Part shown: in pieces, positions 20,492-30,557 of the stretch
How positions within the stretch are numbered: position 1 is the first letter of the stretch
Layout: each line of letters starts with the position of its first letter
The notes under the pieces: model-generated
What the model was told of the DNA's origin: nothing
The model's input: the letters and a program-made list of their open reading frames with translations, nothing else
Database searches by the model: none
Source: Gemmatimonadota bacterium
GTDB lineage: Bacteria > Gemmatimonadota > Gemmatimonadetes > Gemmatimonadales > Gemmatimonadaceae
DNA length: 64,000 nt
Direction: 5' to 3'
NCBI GenBank assembly: GCA_040389905.1
Contig: JAZJZK010000023.1
Span: 128,407-192,406 of the forward strand
Made by a program: the position numbers and the translations under genes

Positions 20492-22837
20492 TTAGAGAAA
20501 ACTCCGCCGTCTCCAGATCACGAGCACGCCGCAGTCGGTGTTCAAGCCAGCGTACATGTTCGGAATCTGCGAGGGGCTCGAGTACACCTCGATCGCCTCG
20601 ATCTGATCAGGGCTGATCGAGTTGATGTCGAACAGCGGTTCTCCATCTCGATTGCCATAGATCATCACGTTGTCGAGATACACACGGGAATAGCATGACT
20701 TCCCCTGACCGAGCGACGGAGGGCGACGTGTCGTCGAGACGTAGGCCGCGCTGCCAACAGGAGGCCGAACCACCTTGACGCCGAGAATATCACTCATCAA
20801 CGCGGCCATCGTTCGTCCTTCCTTCTTCGCCAGCTCATCACGGTCGAAGAAATGTCCGAGGCCGAGTTTTCGATGATCCTCGAAGGTTCTCAGCGCACGC
20901 GCCTGTTCGACGATGCGCACCGAGTCCAATGTGGTCACGCGACTCAGATCGATGTTGCGCGTGATGCGCTCATTCGCGGCGAACGAGAGCGGAACGTCGA
21001 CTGGCGTGTAGCCGATGCGGCGCACCACGAGACGATGCTCTCCGGGCGGAATACCCACGAGCTGAAACTGTCCTTGCTCGTTGGTCGTGACGGTCTTGGC
21101 CACGTCGAGCAACATCACCTCGGCGTTGGCAACCGGCCGCAAACCAGAGAGTGAATCGCCGCGCACGAGGCCCGCGAGTGTCGCACCGCGAGGCACATCG
21201 ATCATCAATTCGACGCTGGCCAACAACCGGTCCGAGGGCAGCCGAACCGCAATCGGTTCGGACGCTTCGCCTCGTGACTCCGCTGTCAGCGAGACCACGA
21301 CATCGAGCGGCACGCCGCACAGCCGAAACGCACCAACGGAATCCGTTCGAGTGGCCGTTCGCTGGACCGTCGAGTCTGCGCCGAGCCACTCGGCGACGAC
21401 GGGCAAGGCCGCTACCGGCAGCGAGTCGACGCGCGGCTTGACGCCTCCCACGACAATACCAGCAAGTGCACCGCTCTTTCGCGTCGTCCCGCACACTCGG
21501 CTGGTGAACATCTCCGCGGTGGGCACGTCGATCACGCGCGTGGCCGAGTCGGCGAGACTGACGCGAACTCGGTGCGATGCGCCGACGGAATCGAGCGACG
21601 GCGTGTGAACGTCGACGATGTACTCGCCCGGAATCAGTCCGGCAATGGAGAATCGTCCGACGCTGTCCGCGATGCCGGCCAATGTCGTTCCCTCGACGGC
21701 GACGTATGCGCCCGGCGCGGGCGCGCGCGATGCAGAATCGCGCACTTGTCCCCTGAACGACATCGACGGCCGAGAGTAGAGCGTGTCGTTGGCACGCCGC
21801 GCGAGTACGAGTTCTCCACCGCGCTCGACGATATCCTTGACGAACGCCTCCCGGTGCCGGTTGTCAACGCGTCCGATCGCGATCCCCAGCGTGCGCAGTT
21901 CGAGCTCGGGCATGACGATGTTCCAGCGCGATATCGCCCATGCTCCGCCGCGCAAGCGCGCGAACTCCATCGTGCCGCCGGCGCGCGCTTGGAGCTCGGG
22001 GATATTCGCGTACTTGTATTCCATGTTGCTCAGCGCCAACGTCGCGCGGTCGAGCCACACCGTTCCCCGTATCTCCGGAATGTCTTTTCGGTCGCGCGTC
22101 GGCTCGAACTCCATTCCGATGAGCGTGCCGGCCGCGAACGTGCGGAGGCAGTGATCTTCGAGGAAGCGGCTCGAGAGGAGGACGTCGAGCCCGGGTGCGT
22201 AGTACGTCGTGGCGCCCGATGTATCGGTGGCGACGTAGCCCACCTGTGACAGGCTGTCGGGAGTGAGCGACAGCCACGGTTGTGCCGCCGTTCCGGATCG
22301 CAGCACCGACGCATGCGCGAGCACGTTCCGAGCATTGACGTCGAGCTTGCGCTCGTAAACCACCGCGGTGGTCGCGATGGCCTGATCGCCCGTGGTAATG
22401 TCGGCGGCGGTGAGTGCGGTGCGCACTTGCTGCCAGATCGCGAACGTCGCTGCCGCCGTATCCTTCGCCACTCGGCAGGAACTTTGCCCGACGACGCGAA
22501 TGGTATCGAACGAGACTTGTATTCCGTTCAGGACGATGCGTTCCGTCACGTCGTCGCCGGCTCGCAGGACGCGGGCATCGGAAAGCGTTGGCTGGTAGCC
22601 AATGCGAAGCGCCTGAATGCGGTACGTCCCTACGCTCGGCGCGACCAGTCGAAAGGAGCCTTGGTCGTTGGTGAGCTGCCGAGCGACGACCCGTGATGTG
22701 CTATCGAGTAACTGGGCGACGGCGCCGCTGACAGGCGTGCTTGCACGGTCGGTGACGGTGCCGCGAATGGTTTGCGCTCGTAGCGAGAACGGCAGGAGCA
22801 GTGCGAGAACGAGGCCGCGGCGATGCAGGTTCAGCAT
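20492..22837 (-). CDS. Secreted carboxypeptidase-regulatory-like repeat protein with C-terminal TonB plug-like domain (paralogue 1)
   Basis: Signal peptide ending in LRA-Q; G.V.D....PV.GA..GTYRI..LRIGY repeats; C-terminal VYLD..FDINSISPDQIEAIEVY..CGVLVIW. Confidence 0.88.
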   Translation of the reverse strand: MLNLHRRGLVLALLLPFSLRAQTIRGTVTDRASTPVSGAVAQLLDSTSRVVARQLTNDQGSFRLVAPSVGTYRIQALRIGYQPTLSDARVLRAGDDVTERIVLNGIQVSFDTIRVVGQSSCRVAKDTAAATFAIWQQVRTALTAADITTGDQAIATTAVVYERKLDVNARNVLAHASVLRSGTAAQPWLSLTPDSLSQVGYVATDTSGATTYYAPGLDVLLSSRFLEDHCLRTFAAGTLIGMEFEPTRDRKDIPEIRGTVWLDRATLALSNMEYKYANIPELQARAGGTMEFARLRGGAWAISRWNIVMPELELRTLGIAIGRVDNRHREAFVKDIVERGGELVLARRANDTLYSRPSMSFRGQVRDSASRAPAPGAYVAVEGTTLAGIADSVGRFSIAGLIPGEYIVDVHTPSLDSVGASHRVRVSLADSATRVIDVPTAEMFTSRVCGTTRKSGALAGIVVGGVKPRVDSLPVAALPVVAEWLGADSTVQRTATRTDSVGAFRLCGVPLDVVVSLTAESRGEASEPIAVRLPSDRLLASVELMIDVPRGATLAGLVRGDSLSGLRPVANAEVMLLDVAKTVTTNEQGQFQLVGIPPGEHRLVVRRIGYTPVDVPLSFAANERITRNIDLSRVTTLDSVRIVEQARALRTFEDHRKLGLGHFFDRDELAKKEGRTMAALMSDILGVKVVRPPVGSAAYVSTTRRPPSLGQGKSCYSRVYLDNVMIYGNRDGEPLFDINSISPDQIEAIEVYSSPSQIPNMYAGLNTDCGVLVIWRRRSFL

Positions 22838-22921
22838 TGTATACAGAACGTCGTGCAAATGCGCATCGTCCGCAAGATCCAACGGTCTGTCATCCAAAGC
22901 TCGCTCGGGGTGACACGCTCC

Positions 22922-25309
22922 CTACGGCTTCTCATCCGGTGTAAAGCGCCGTGTCCAGATCACCACGACGCCGCATGATCGATTCAACCCGGCATACATG
23001 TTCGGCGTCGAGGCAGGGCTCATATACATCTCGATTGCTTCGATCTTGTCCGGACTGATGGTATTGATATCGAAGCGATCCTCCTTTGTTTCGTACAGAC
23101 GCCCCGGCGAATACACGAGCACATTGTCGACATACACCGCTGAATAGCAGACGCCACGGTTTTCATCCAGCGCCGGCCCTTTGCGATTCGGCGCGATGAA
23201 CGCGTGTGAGCCTTCTCTCCTGAGTGCGACGCCGGGAATTTGCGTCATCACCGCCGCCATCGTCTGTCCTTCCTTTTTCGCAAGATCCTCACGTGTCAGG
23301 AACGTGCCGAGTCCCGTTCGCCGGTGCTCTTCGAACGTCCGCATCGCCCGCGACTGCGCGACAACACGCATAGAATCGAGCAGCGCGACTCTCGTCAACT
23401 CGATGTTGCGCGTGAGGCGCGCGTTGGCTACGAACGTCACCCTTGCGTCGGCGGGCATATAGCCGATCCTACGCACGCTGAGCGTGTGTTCGCCTGGCGG
23501 AATCCCGATCATTCGATAAGCCCCCTTCGCATCCGTCGTCACCGTTTTGCCGATATCCGTCAGCGTAACCTCGGCGTCGGCGACCGGTCGCGTTGCCGAT
23601 GAATCCGCGCGGACGAATCCCGCGAGCGTCGCGCCGCGCGGCGCATCGACGGTGAGTTGCACGCTCGCCAACAGCCGGTCCTGCGGAATGCGCACGGCGA
23701 TCGGTTCCGTGCTTTCCCCGCGCGACTCTGCGCTCAGGCTCACCTGATCATTCAGCGGAATGCCGCAGAGGCGAAATGCGCCGGTCGAGTCGGTGCGCGT
23801 CACCACGCGAGAGCCTCCGGTCGCCGCGCCCTCCCATTCGGCGACGACCGGCAGATTGCTGACCGCGATGGAATCGACCACCGCTTTGACGCCGCCAACG
23901 ATGATTCCGGCACGCGCGCCCGTCAGGCGCGTCGGTCCGCACACGCGGCTGGCGTAGATCGACGCGGACTCCACCTCGATCAGCTTGGACGTCGAGTCGA
24001 TCAACCGAATGCGCTCCGCGTGTGAGGCACCGACCGAGTCGAGTGAGGCGGTGTTGACCTCAACGGTGTATTCTCCCGGAATGAGGCCGCCAATCGAGAA
24101 GCGCCCCGCGCTGTCCGCAATCCCCGCGAGCGCTGTTCCCTGAAGCGCGACGTACGCCCCTGGAACGGGACGACGCGACGCGGAGTCGCGCACGAGCCCC
24201 GAGAACGCGAGCGATGGCCGCGACCAGAGCGTGTCGGTTCCGCGACGCGCAAGGGCGAGATTGCCACCACGCTCGACAATTTCGCGGACGTGGATCTCCT
24301 GTCGTCGCTCATTCACGCGGCCGATGCGAACCTCGACGGTACGCAGTTCGAGTGCCGGCATCAGGATGTTCCATCGCGAGATCACCCACGCGCCGTCCTT
24401 GAGCCGAGCAAACTCCATCGTGCCGCCCGCCAGTTCCTGTTCCGGCGGAATATTCTCGTACCGGTACTCCATGTTGCGCAGTTCGAGCGACGCGCGGTCG
24501 ATCCACACCGTGCCGCGAATCTCCGGGATGTCCTTTCGGTCGCGTGTCGGCTCGAAGGTCATGCCGATGCGCGTTCCATCGTTGGTCACGCGGAAGCAGT
24601 GGTCTTCGAGGAACCGGCTGGAAAGGAGGACGTCAATTCCCGGTGCGTAATAGGTTGTCGCACCCGTCGAGTCAGTGGCCACATATCCACCGCGACCCAG
24701 GCTGTCCGGCGACATCGAACTCCAGGGCTGCGGCACGAATCCCGTGCGGATCACCGACCCCTGCTTCAGCACGGACTTGCCGCGTGGATCGAGTGAGCGT
24801 TCGTACACGACCGCCGTAGTGTTGATGTCGCGATTCGCGGTGGTGATTTCGGCGGCCGTCAACGCGGTGCGCACCTGCTGCCAGATCGCGAAGGTCGTCG
24901 CGGCACTGTCTCGCGCGATGCGGCAGGCGCTCTGCGAGACGACGCGGATGGTGTCGAACGAGACCTGGACGCCGGCGAGCACGATACGCTCGGTGAGTTC
25001 AGCACCCGGCGCGAGCACGCGGGTGGTGGATAGCGTGGGTGCAAAGCCAATGCGCAGTGTCTGAATGCGATAGCTTCCTGCGCGCGGGGCGGTGAGTCTG
25101 AATGCGCCGCTGGAATTGCTCAGCTGCCGAGCCACGACGCGTGAGGTGCTATCGAGTAGCTGCGTGACGACACCGCTGACGGGAGCATTCGCGCGGTCGA
25201 CGACGGTGCCGCGGACAGCCTGCGCCTGCACAGCGAACGGAAGGACGAGCGTTGCCGCCATGATCCGTGCTGTCGTCCCGAGCGAAGTCGAGGGGTGACA
25301 TCTTTTCAT
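22922..25309 (-). CDS. Paralogue 2 of the plug-domain protein family
   Basis: Colinear with paralogue 1; ATG 25309 overlaps the upstream stop as ATGA (ATG 25261 is an alternative). Confidence 0.88.
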   Translation of the reverse strand: MKRCHPSTSLGTTARIMAATLVLPFAVQAQAVRGTVVDRANAPVSGVVTQLLDSTSRVVARQLSNSSGAFRLTAPRAGSYRIQTLRIGFAPTLSTTRVLAPGAELTERIVLAGVQVSFDTIRVVSQSACRIARDSAATTFAIWQQVRTALTAAEITTANRDINTTAVVYERSLDPRGKSVLKQGSVIRTGFVPQPWSSMSPDSLGRGGYVATDSTGATTYYAPGIDVLLSSRFLEDHCFRVTNDGTRIGMTFEPTRDRKDIPEIRGTVWIDRASLELRNMEYRYENIPPEQELAGGTMEFARLKDGAWVISRWNILMPALELRTVEVRIGRVNERRQEIHVREIVERGGNLALARRGTDTLWSRPSLAFSGLVRDSASRRPVPGAYVALQGTALAGIADSAGRFSIGGLIPGEYTVEVNTASLDSVGASHAERIRLIDSTSKLIEVESASIYASRVCGPTRLTGARAGIIVGGVKAVVDSIAVSNLPVVAEWEGAATGGSRVVTRTDSTGAFRLCGIPLNDQVSLSAESRGESTEPIAVRIPQDRLLASVQLTVDAPRGATLAGFVRADSSATRPVADAEVTLTDIGKTVTTDAKGAYRMIGIPPGEHTLSVRRIGYMPADARVTFVANARLTRNIELTRVALLDSMRVVAQSRAMRTFEEHRRTGLGTFLTREDLAKKEGQTMAAVMTQIPGVALRREGSHAFIAPNRKGPALDENRGVCYSAVYVDNVLVYSPGRLYETKEDRFDINTISPDKIEAIEMYMSPASTPNMYAGLNRSCGVVVIWTRRFTPDEKP
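25271..25300. repeat. Type A REP-like palindrome inside the predicted N-terminus of paralogue 2
   Basis: TGTCGTCCCGAGCGAAGTCGAGGGGTGACA. Confidence 0.8.
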
Positions 25310-27684
25310 GGCGCGAATCTCCTCGTCCAGATGACCACGACGCCACACGCCGTGTTGAGCCCCGTGTACATGTTGGGAATCTGGGCGGGACTCATGTACA
25401 CCTCGATCGCCTCGATTCGATCCAGGCTAATGGTGTTGATGTCGAACAGCGGCTCGCCTGGGCGCCCACTGAAGACTCGCATGTGGTCGAGATAGACCTG
25501 CGAGTGGCACGCGGGCTTCGAGCCGGCGACCGTGTCAGCTCCGTCGCCCGCGGTCAGTCCGGTTCCACGAAGTGAGGGCGGGCGCCGCTGCGTCGCGATC
25601 CAAGCGTGGTTCCCTTTGCCCCGTATGACCGCGACGCCGAGGATCTCGCTCATCATCGATCCCATCGACTGACCTTCTTTTTTCGCGAGCTCCTCGCGCG
25701 TCAGGAAATGTCCGAGGCCGGTGGCGCGATGCTCCTCGAACGTTCGCATATAGCGCGACTGCGCGACTACCCGAATGGAGTCCAGCATCGCGACGCGAAT
25801 CAGTTCAATATTCCGCGTCAACCGCGCATTCGCCTCGAAGCTGATCACCGCGTCGGCCGGCGTGTAACCCATTCGCCGCACGCTGAGCAGATGCTCTCCC
25901 GGCGGAATACCGGTCATCCGAAATGCGCCAGTGGCATCCGTCGTCACACTCTTGCCAATGTCCATCAGCGTGACCTCGGCGCCAGCGATCAGGCGCGTCG
26001 CCGTCGAATCGGCGCGGACGATGCCCGTCAGCGTCGCCCCGTGCGGCGCATCCACGGTAAGCTGAACGCTCGCGAGCAACCGGTCCTGTGGGATGCGAAC
26101 CGCAATCGGTTCGGTGCTCTCGCCACGAGACTCGGCGCTGAGATTCACCTGACCATCCAGAGGAATGCCACACAGCCGAAACGCTCCCGTCGAATCAGTT
26201 CGTGTCACCACTCGCGAGCTACCAGTGGCCGTTCCCTCCCACTGCGCCACCACCGGCAGATTGCTCACGCCGATCGAATCAGCGACTGCCTTCACGCCGC
26301 CGACGATGATCCCCGCTCGCGTTCCAGTCATCCGGTTCGGCCCGCACACCCGTGCCGAGTACATGCTCGCTGTAGGAACCAGAATTGGTGCGAGCGCGGT
26401 GTCGGCAAGCGCACGGTTGAGCCGGTGCGCCGCGCCCACGGAATCGAGGGACGCCGTGCGCACCTCCATTCCGTACTCGCCCGGCAGCAGGCCATGCAGC
26501 GAGTAGCGCCCTTCGCTATCGGCAACACCAGACACGAGCGTTCCCTGCACGGCTACGAACGCACCGCCAACGCCCGCGCCTGACGTCGTATCGCGAACCA
26601 CGCCGGAGAACACCAGAGGTGGCCGTGACCAGAGTGTATCCGTCCGTCGGCGCGCTAACGACAATTCGCCACCACGTTCCGCGATTTCCCGAACGCGGAT
26701 CTCCTGCGATCGTCGGTTCAACTGGCCGCCGAGGTTGATGCTGAATCGTCGCAGTTCGAGCGCAGGCATGTCGATGTGCCACTGCGAGATCACCCATGCA
26801 CCATCCCTGAGACGCGAGAACTCGAGGTGTCCACCAGCCAATTCCTGCTCGGCCGGAATGTTCGCATAGCGATACTCCATGCCGCGGAGTTCGAGTGACG
26901 CGCGATCGAGCCAGACAGTACCACGGATCTCCGGAATGTCCTGTCGTTCTCGCGTTGGTTCGAAGCGCACGCCGATGCGCGTGCCTGCCGTGGTCACGAG
27001 AAGACAATGATCCTCGAGGAAGCGATCCGAGAGCAGGGCCTCGATGCTCGGCGCAAAGTAGGTTGTCGCACCAGTCGAATCGGTGGTGACATACCCCTCG
27101 CGGCCGAGCCCTTCGGGCGTCATCGCGCTCCACGGTTGCGACGCGAATCCAGAACGGATGGTCGACCCGTGCGTCAGCACCTTCTTGCCGCTGGGATCGA
27201 GCGTGCGGTCGTAGACGACCGCCGTGGTGTAGACGGAGCGATCGTTCGTCGTGATGTCTGTCGCGGTCAGCGCAGTGCGCACCTGTTGCCAGATGGCAAA
27301 GGTTGCGGCGGCAGTGTCCTTCGCGACGCGACACGAACTCTGTCCCACGACGCGAATGGTGTCGAACGAGACGTGGACGCCGGCGAGCACGATCCGCTCC
27401 GTCGTTTCCTCTCCTGGCGCGAAGACCCGCGGGTTCGATAGTGTCGGCAAGAAGCCGATACGCAATGTCTGAATGCGATACGTGCCGGCGCGCGGCGCTG
27501 TGAGGCGGAAGGTGCCGCTCGGGGTGCTGAGCTGCCGCGCGACGACGCGCGCGGTACTGTCGAGCAGCTGGGTGACGACTCCGCTCACCGGCGCGTTGGC
27601 GTGGTCGACGACGGTGCCGTGCACCGTTTGTGCGGAAACGGCCATTGGAAGGCAAACAAGTGTGATGACAAAAGCTCGCGTCAT
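25306..27684 (-). CDS. Paralogue 3 of the plug-domain protein family
   Basis: AGGAG RBS; signal peptide ending in VSA-Q; same domain order. Confidence 0.88.
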   Translation of the reverse strand: MTRAFVITLVCLPMAVSAQTVHGTVVDHANAPVSGVVTQLLDSTARVVARQLSTPSGTFRLTAPRAGTYRIQTLRIGFLPTLSNPRVFAPGEETTERIVLAGVHVSFDTIRVVGQSSCRVAKDTAAATFAIWQQVRTALTATDITTNDRSVYTTAVVYDRTLDPSGKKVLTHGSTIRSGFASQPWSAMTPEGLGREGYVTTDSTGATTYFAPSIEALLSDRFLEDHCLLVTTAGTRIGVRFEPTRERQDIPEIRGTVWLDRASLELRGMEYRYANIPAEQELAGGHLEFSRLRDGAWVISQWHIDMPALELRRFSINLGGQLNRRSQEIRVREIAERGGELSLARRRTDTLWSRPPLVFSGVVRDTTSGAGVGGAFVAVQGTLVSGVADSEGRYSLHGLLPGEYGMEVRTASLDSVGAAHRLNRALADTALAPILVPTASMYSARVCGPNRMTGTRAGIIVGGVKAVADSIGVSNLPVVAQWEGTATGSSRVVTRTDSTGAFRLCGIPLDGQVNLSAESRGESTEPIAVRIPQDRLLASVQLTVDAPHGATLTGIVRADSTATRLIAGAEVTLMDIGKSVTTDATGAFRMTGIPPGEHLLSVRRMGYTPADAVISFEANARLTRNIELIRVAMLDSIRVVAQSRYMRTFEEHRATGLGHFLTREELAKKEGQSMGSMMSEILGVAVIRGKGNHAWIATQRRPPSLRGTGLTAGDGADTVAGSKPACHSQVYLDHMRVFSGRPGEPLFDINTISLDRIEAIEVYMSPAQIPNMYTGLNTACGVVVIWTRRFAP

Positions 27685-27809
27685 TCTCACTCCTATCGTT
27701 GGCACGCTTCGCGGAGCCCCGCGCGCGCTTATCGCCAACGATACGCGCTCTCCAACAACCTGCTAGGCAAGGTTGACCGCGATTCCATTAAGATTTGCTA
27801 ACGACTCGA

Positions 27810-30161
27810 TTAATACGTACGGCGTGTCCACAGAACGACCACACCACAGGCGGTGTTCGGGCCGGCATACTTGGCCGGTATCTGAGACGGACCCGTGTAG
27901 ATCTCCACTCCCTCCAATTTGTCCGGACTCACCGAGTTGATGTCGAAAGGGTCTTCTTGCCAGAGTCGGCCGCCGGCGTAGACCAGTTGATTGTCCAGAT
28001 AGACCCGCGAGTAACAGTTCGCCTTCGTCGGGTTCAGAGACGGCCCAAGCCGCTTTGTCGAGACGTACTGCTTCGCGCCCCTGCCGAGCACGAGGACGCC
28101 AAGTACCTGCCGCATGATTGATGACATCGACTGTCCTTCTTTCTTCGCGAGATCCTCTCGAGTGAAGAAGTGGCCGAGGCCCATCTGCCGGTGATCCTCG
28201 AATGAACTCATGTATCGCGACTGCGCCACCACTCGCACCGAATCGAGCGTGGTGACGCGCGTCATGTCCACATTGCGCACGACGCGGGCGTTCGATTCGA
28301 ACGACACATCGGCCTCGACGGGCGCATATCCGAGCTTACGTACCACCAAGCGATGCGTGCCAGGCGCAATCCCGGCAAGTGCGAAGGTACCCTGATCGTT
28401 GGTGGTGGCGCTCTTTCCGACGTCCGTCAACGCAACCTCGGCGTTCAGGATCGGACGCTTACCAGTCGCTGAGTCAGCGCCTACGAATCCGGTGAGCGTG
28501 GCCCCCCGAGGGATGTCGATTGCGAGTTCGACGCTGGCCAGCAAACGGTCTGCCGGCAACCGGACCGCAATCGGCTCCATCGCCTCGCCGCGCGACTCCG
28601 CGGCAAGCGACACCACCGCATCCAGCGGAAGACCGCACAGTCGGAACGCGCCATCCGCATCCGTCCGCGTCGATGCCCGGTTCGCACCCGCAATCGAATC
28701 GGTCCACTCCGCGATCACCGGCAGATTGCTCACCGAGAGCGAGTCGACGCGCGCCTTCACGCCGCCCACGACGATGCCCGCGCGCGCGCCGGTCATTCGC
28801 GTGGGGCCACAAACCTTGTTTACGAATTGGTCCGCGGAGGGGACGTCGATCGTCGCCGTGCTCGAATCGATGACGCCCAACCGCACACGGTGCGCCGCGC
28901 CCACAGAGTCGAGCGACGCCGAATGCACCGCGACCACGTACTCGCCGGCGATGAGGCCTGCTATCGAAAACCGGCCAACGCTATCCGCCACGCTTGCGAG
29001 TGCGGTTCCGTCGAGCGTCAGGTACGCGCCTGCCAGCGCGCGACCCGACAACGAATCGCGCACGACACCGCGAAACACGAGAGACGGCCGAGACCACAGC
29101 GTGTCGTTGCCGCGCCGCGCCAGTGCAAGCTCACCGCCGCGCTCCACAATCTCCCGAACGCGAATCGTTCGTCCCCCGATGCTGATACCCGCGACGCGAA
29201 GTTCTCCCGTCACTCGCTGTTCGAGCGCCGGCATGCGGATGTTCCAGCGAGAAATGGCCCACGCACCGTCATTGAGATGCGCGAACTCCATCGTGCCGCC
29301 GGCGAGATCCTGCTCGGAGGGGATGTTCGCATACCGGTACTCCATGTTCCGAAGTTCGAGCGTCGCGCGATCGAGCCACACCGTACCGCGGATTTCCGGT
29401 ATCTCTTTCCGTTCGCGAACCGGCTCGAAGCGGATTCCGATCCTCGCTCGCTCCGTCGCGACTTCGAGACAATGATCTTCGAGAAAGCGATCCGAGAGCA
29501 GCACGTCGATGCCGGGGGCATAATAGGTGATCGAACCCGCCGAATCGCTGCTGACGTACCCGTCGCGCCCGAGGGCATCCGGTGTCATCGAGCTCCACGG
29601 CTGCGCCGCGGAGCCGGAGCGAATGACCGATGCATGCTGGAGGATGTTCTTCGCAAGCGGATCGAGTGTGCGCTCGTAGACCACGGCGGTCGTGAGAATC
29701 TCTCGATTGCTCGCCGTGATATCCGTCGCGGTCAGCGCCGTGCGCACTTGTTGCCATACGGCGAAGGTTGCCGCAGCGGAATCCCGGGTACTCCGGCACG
29801 AACTCCGAGCGGTGATGTGTACCGTATCGAGCGCGACCCTGATCCCCGGAAGGAGAATCCGCAGCGGTACGTCGTCGCCGCGCCGCAGCACGCGCGCCTC
29901 CGAGAGCGTTGGAGAAAACCCGATACGCAGTGTCCGCACGCGATACGTGCCACTGTTCGGCGCAGAGAGCCGGAAGCCGCCCTGCTGGTCACTGAGCTGT
30001 CGCGCGACGACACGTGATGTGCTGTCGAGCAACTGTGCCACGACACCGCTAACGGGCACATTCGCGCCGTCGACCACGGTCCCGCGTATCGCCTGCGCGC
30101 TTACGGTTAGCGGCATCATAAGATGCCCAGCGAGCAACAGAACGCGCGACGTTCGGGTCAT
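27810..30161 (-). CDS. Paralogue 4 of the plug-domain protein family
   Basis: Signal peptide ending in VSA-Q; same domain order, ending CGVVVLWTRRTY. Confidence 0.88.
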   Translation of the reverse strand: MTRTSRVLLLAGHLMMPLTVSAQAIRGTVVDGANVPVSGVVAQLLDSTSRVVARQLSDQQGGFRLSAPNSGTYRVRTLRIGFSPTLSEARVLRRGDDVPLRILLPGIRVALDTVHITARSSCRSTRDSAAATFAVWQQVRTALTATDITASNREILTTAVVYERTLDPLAKNILQHASVIRSGSAAQPWSSMTPDALGRDGYVSSDSAGSITYYAPGIDVLLSDRFLEDHCLEVATERARIGIRFEPVRERKEIPEIRGTVWLDRATLELRNMEYRYANIPSEQDLAGGTMEFAHLNDGAWAISRWNIRMPALEQRVTGELRVAGISIGGRTIRVREIVERGGELALARRGNDTLWSRPSLVFRGVVRDSLSGRALAGAYLTLDGTALASVADSVGRFSIAGLIAGEYVVAVHSASLDSVGAAHRVRLGVIDSSTATIDVPSADQFVNKVCGPTRMTGARAGIVVGGVKARVDSLSVSNLPVIAEWTDSIAGANRASTRTDADGAFRLCGLPLDAVVSLAAESRGEAMEPIAVRLPADRLLASVELAIDIPRGATLTGFVGADSATGKRPILNAEVALTDVGKSATTNDQGTFALAGIAPGTHRLVVRKLGYAPVEADVSFESNARVVRNVDMTRVTTLDSVRVVAQSRYMSSFEDHRQMGLGHFFTREDLAKKEGQSMSSIMRQVLGVLVLGRGAKQYVSTKRLGPSLNPTKANCYSRVYLDNQLVYAGGRLWQEDPFDINSVSPDKLEGVEIYTGPSQIPAKYAGPNTACGVVVLWTRRTY

Positions 30162-30208
30162 TGTGTGCACAACATTGTACACGTCGCGAGGGAACCGCAA
30201 GGATGCGT

Positions 30209-30255
30209 AACAACAGGTGCAACCCCTCGACTCGCTTCGCTCGCTCGGGGTGACA
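30209..30255. repeat. Type A REP-like element
   Basis: AACAACAGGTGCAACCCCTCGACTCGCTTCGCTCGCTCGGGGTGACA. Confidence 0.8.
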
Positions 30256-30311
30256 ACACTTGCGCCGCAACGAACTATCGGCATTTCAGAACGTTCCACT
30301 AGATTCTTGAC

Positions 30312-30557
30312 ATGCCACCCATTCCGTCCAAGCTCAGAAAAGCATACGTCAACATCGATCACCCCTCCGTCACGCTGCGCTTCGAGGACGGCCACCAGAT
30401 TCACGTTGCGCAGGGCAAGGTCAAGACCTTCGACGCCTACGTGGGTGAGGTCATTCGCGTCGTCGCCGTCTACGACCCCACGTCGAAGGAGCGCGACCTG
30501 ATCGAGTCTCTCCGCGCCGAAGACCTGCCCGACGCCGAGCCGCACGAATCGAGATGA
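30312..30557 (+). CDS. Small hypothetical protein (81 aa)
   Basis: Typical GC3 codon bias; TAGATT 6 nt before the ATG; ATGA overlap with the next gene. Confidence 0.75.
   Translation: MPPIPSKLRKAYVNIDHPSVTLRFEDGHQIHVAQGKVKTFDAYVGEVIRVVAVYDPTSKERDLIESLRAEDLPDAEPHESR

Noticed and set aside
20492..30161. Diversity-generating retroelement behind the paralogue variation
   Set aside because: No reverse transcriptase and no near-identical template/variable repeat pair differing only at adenines was seen
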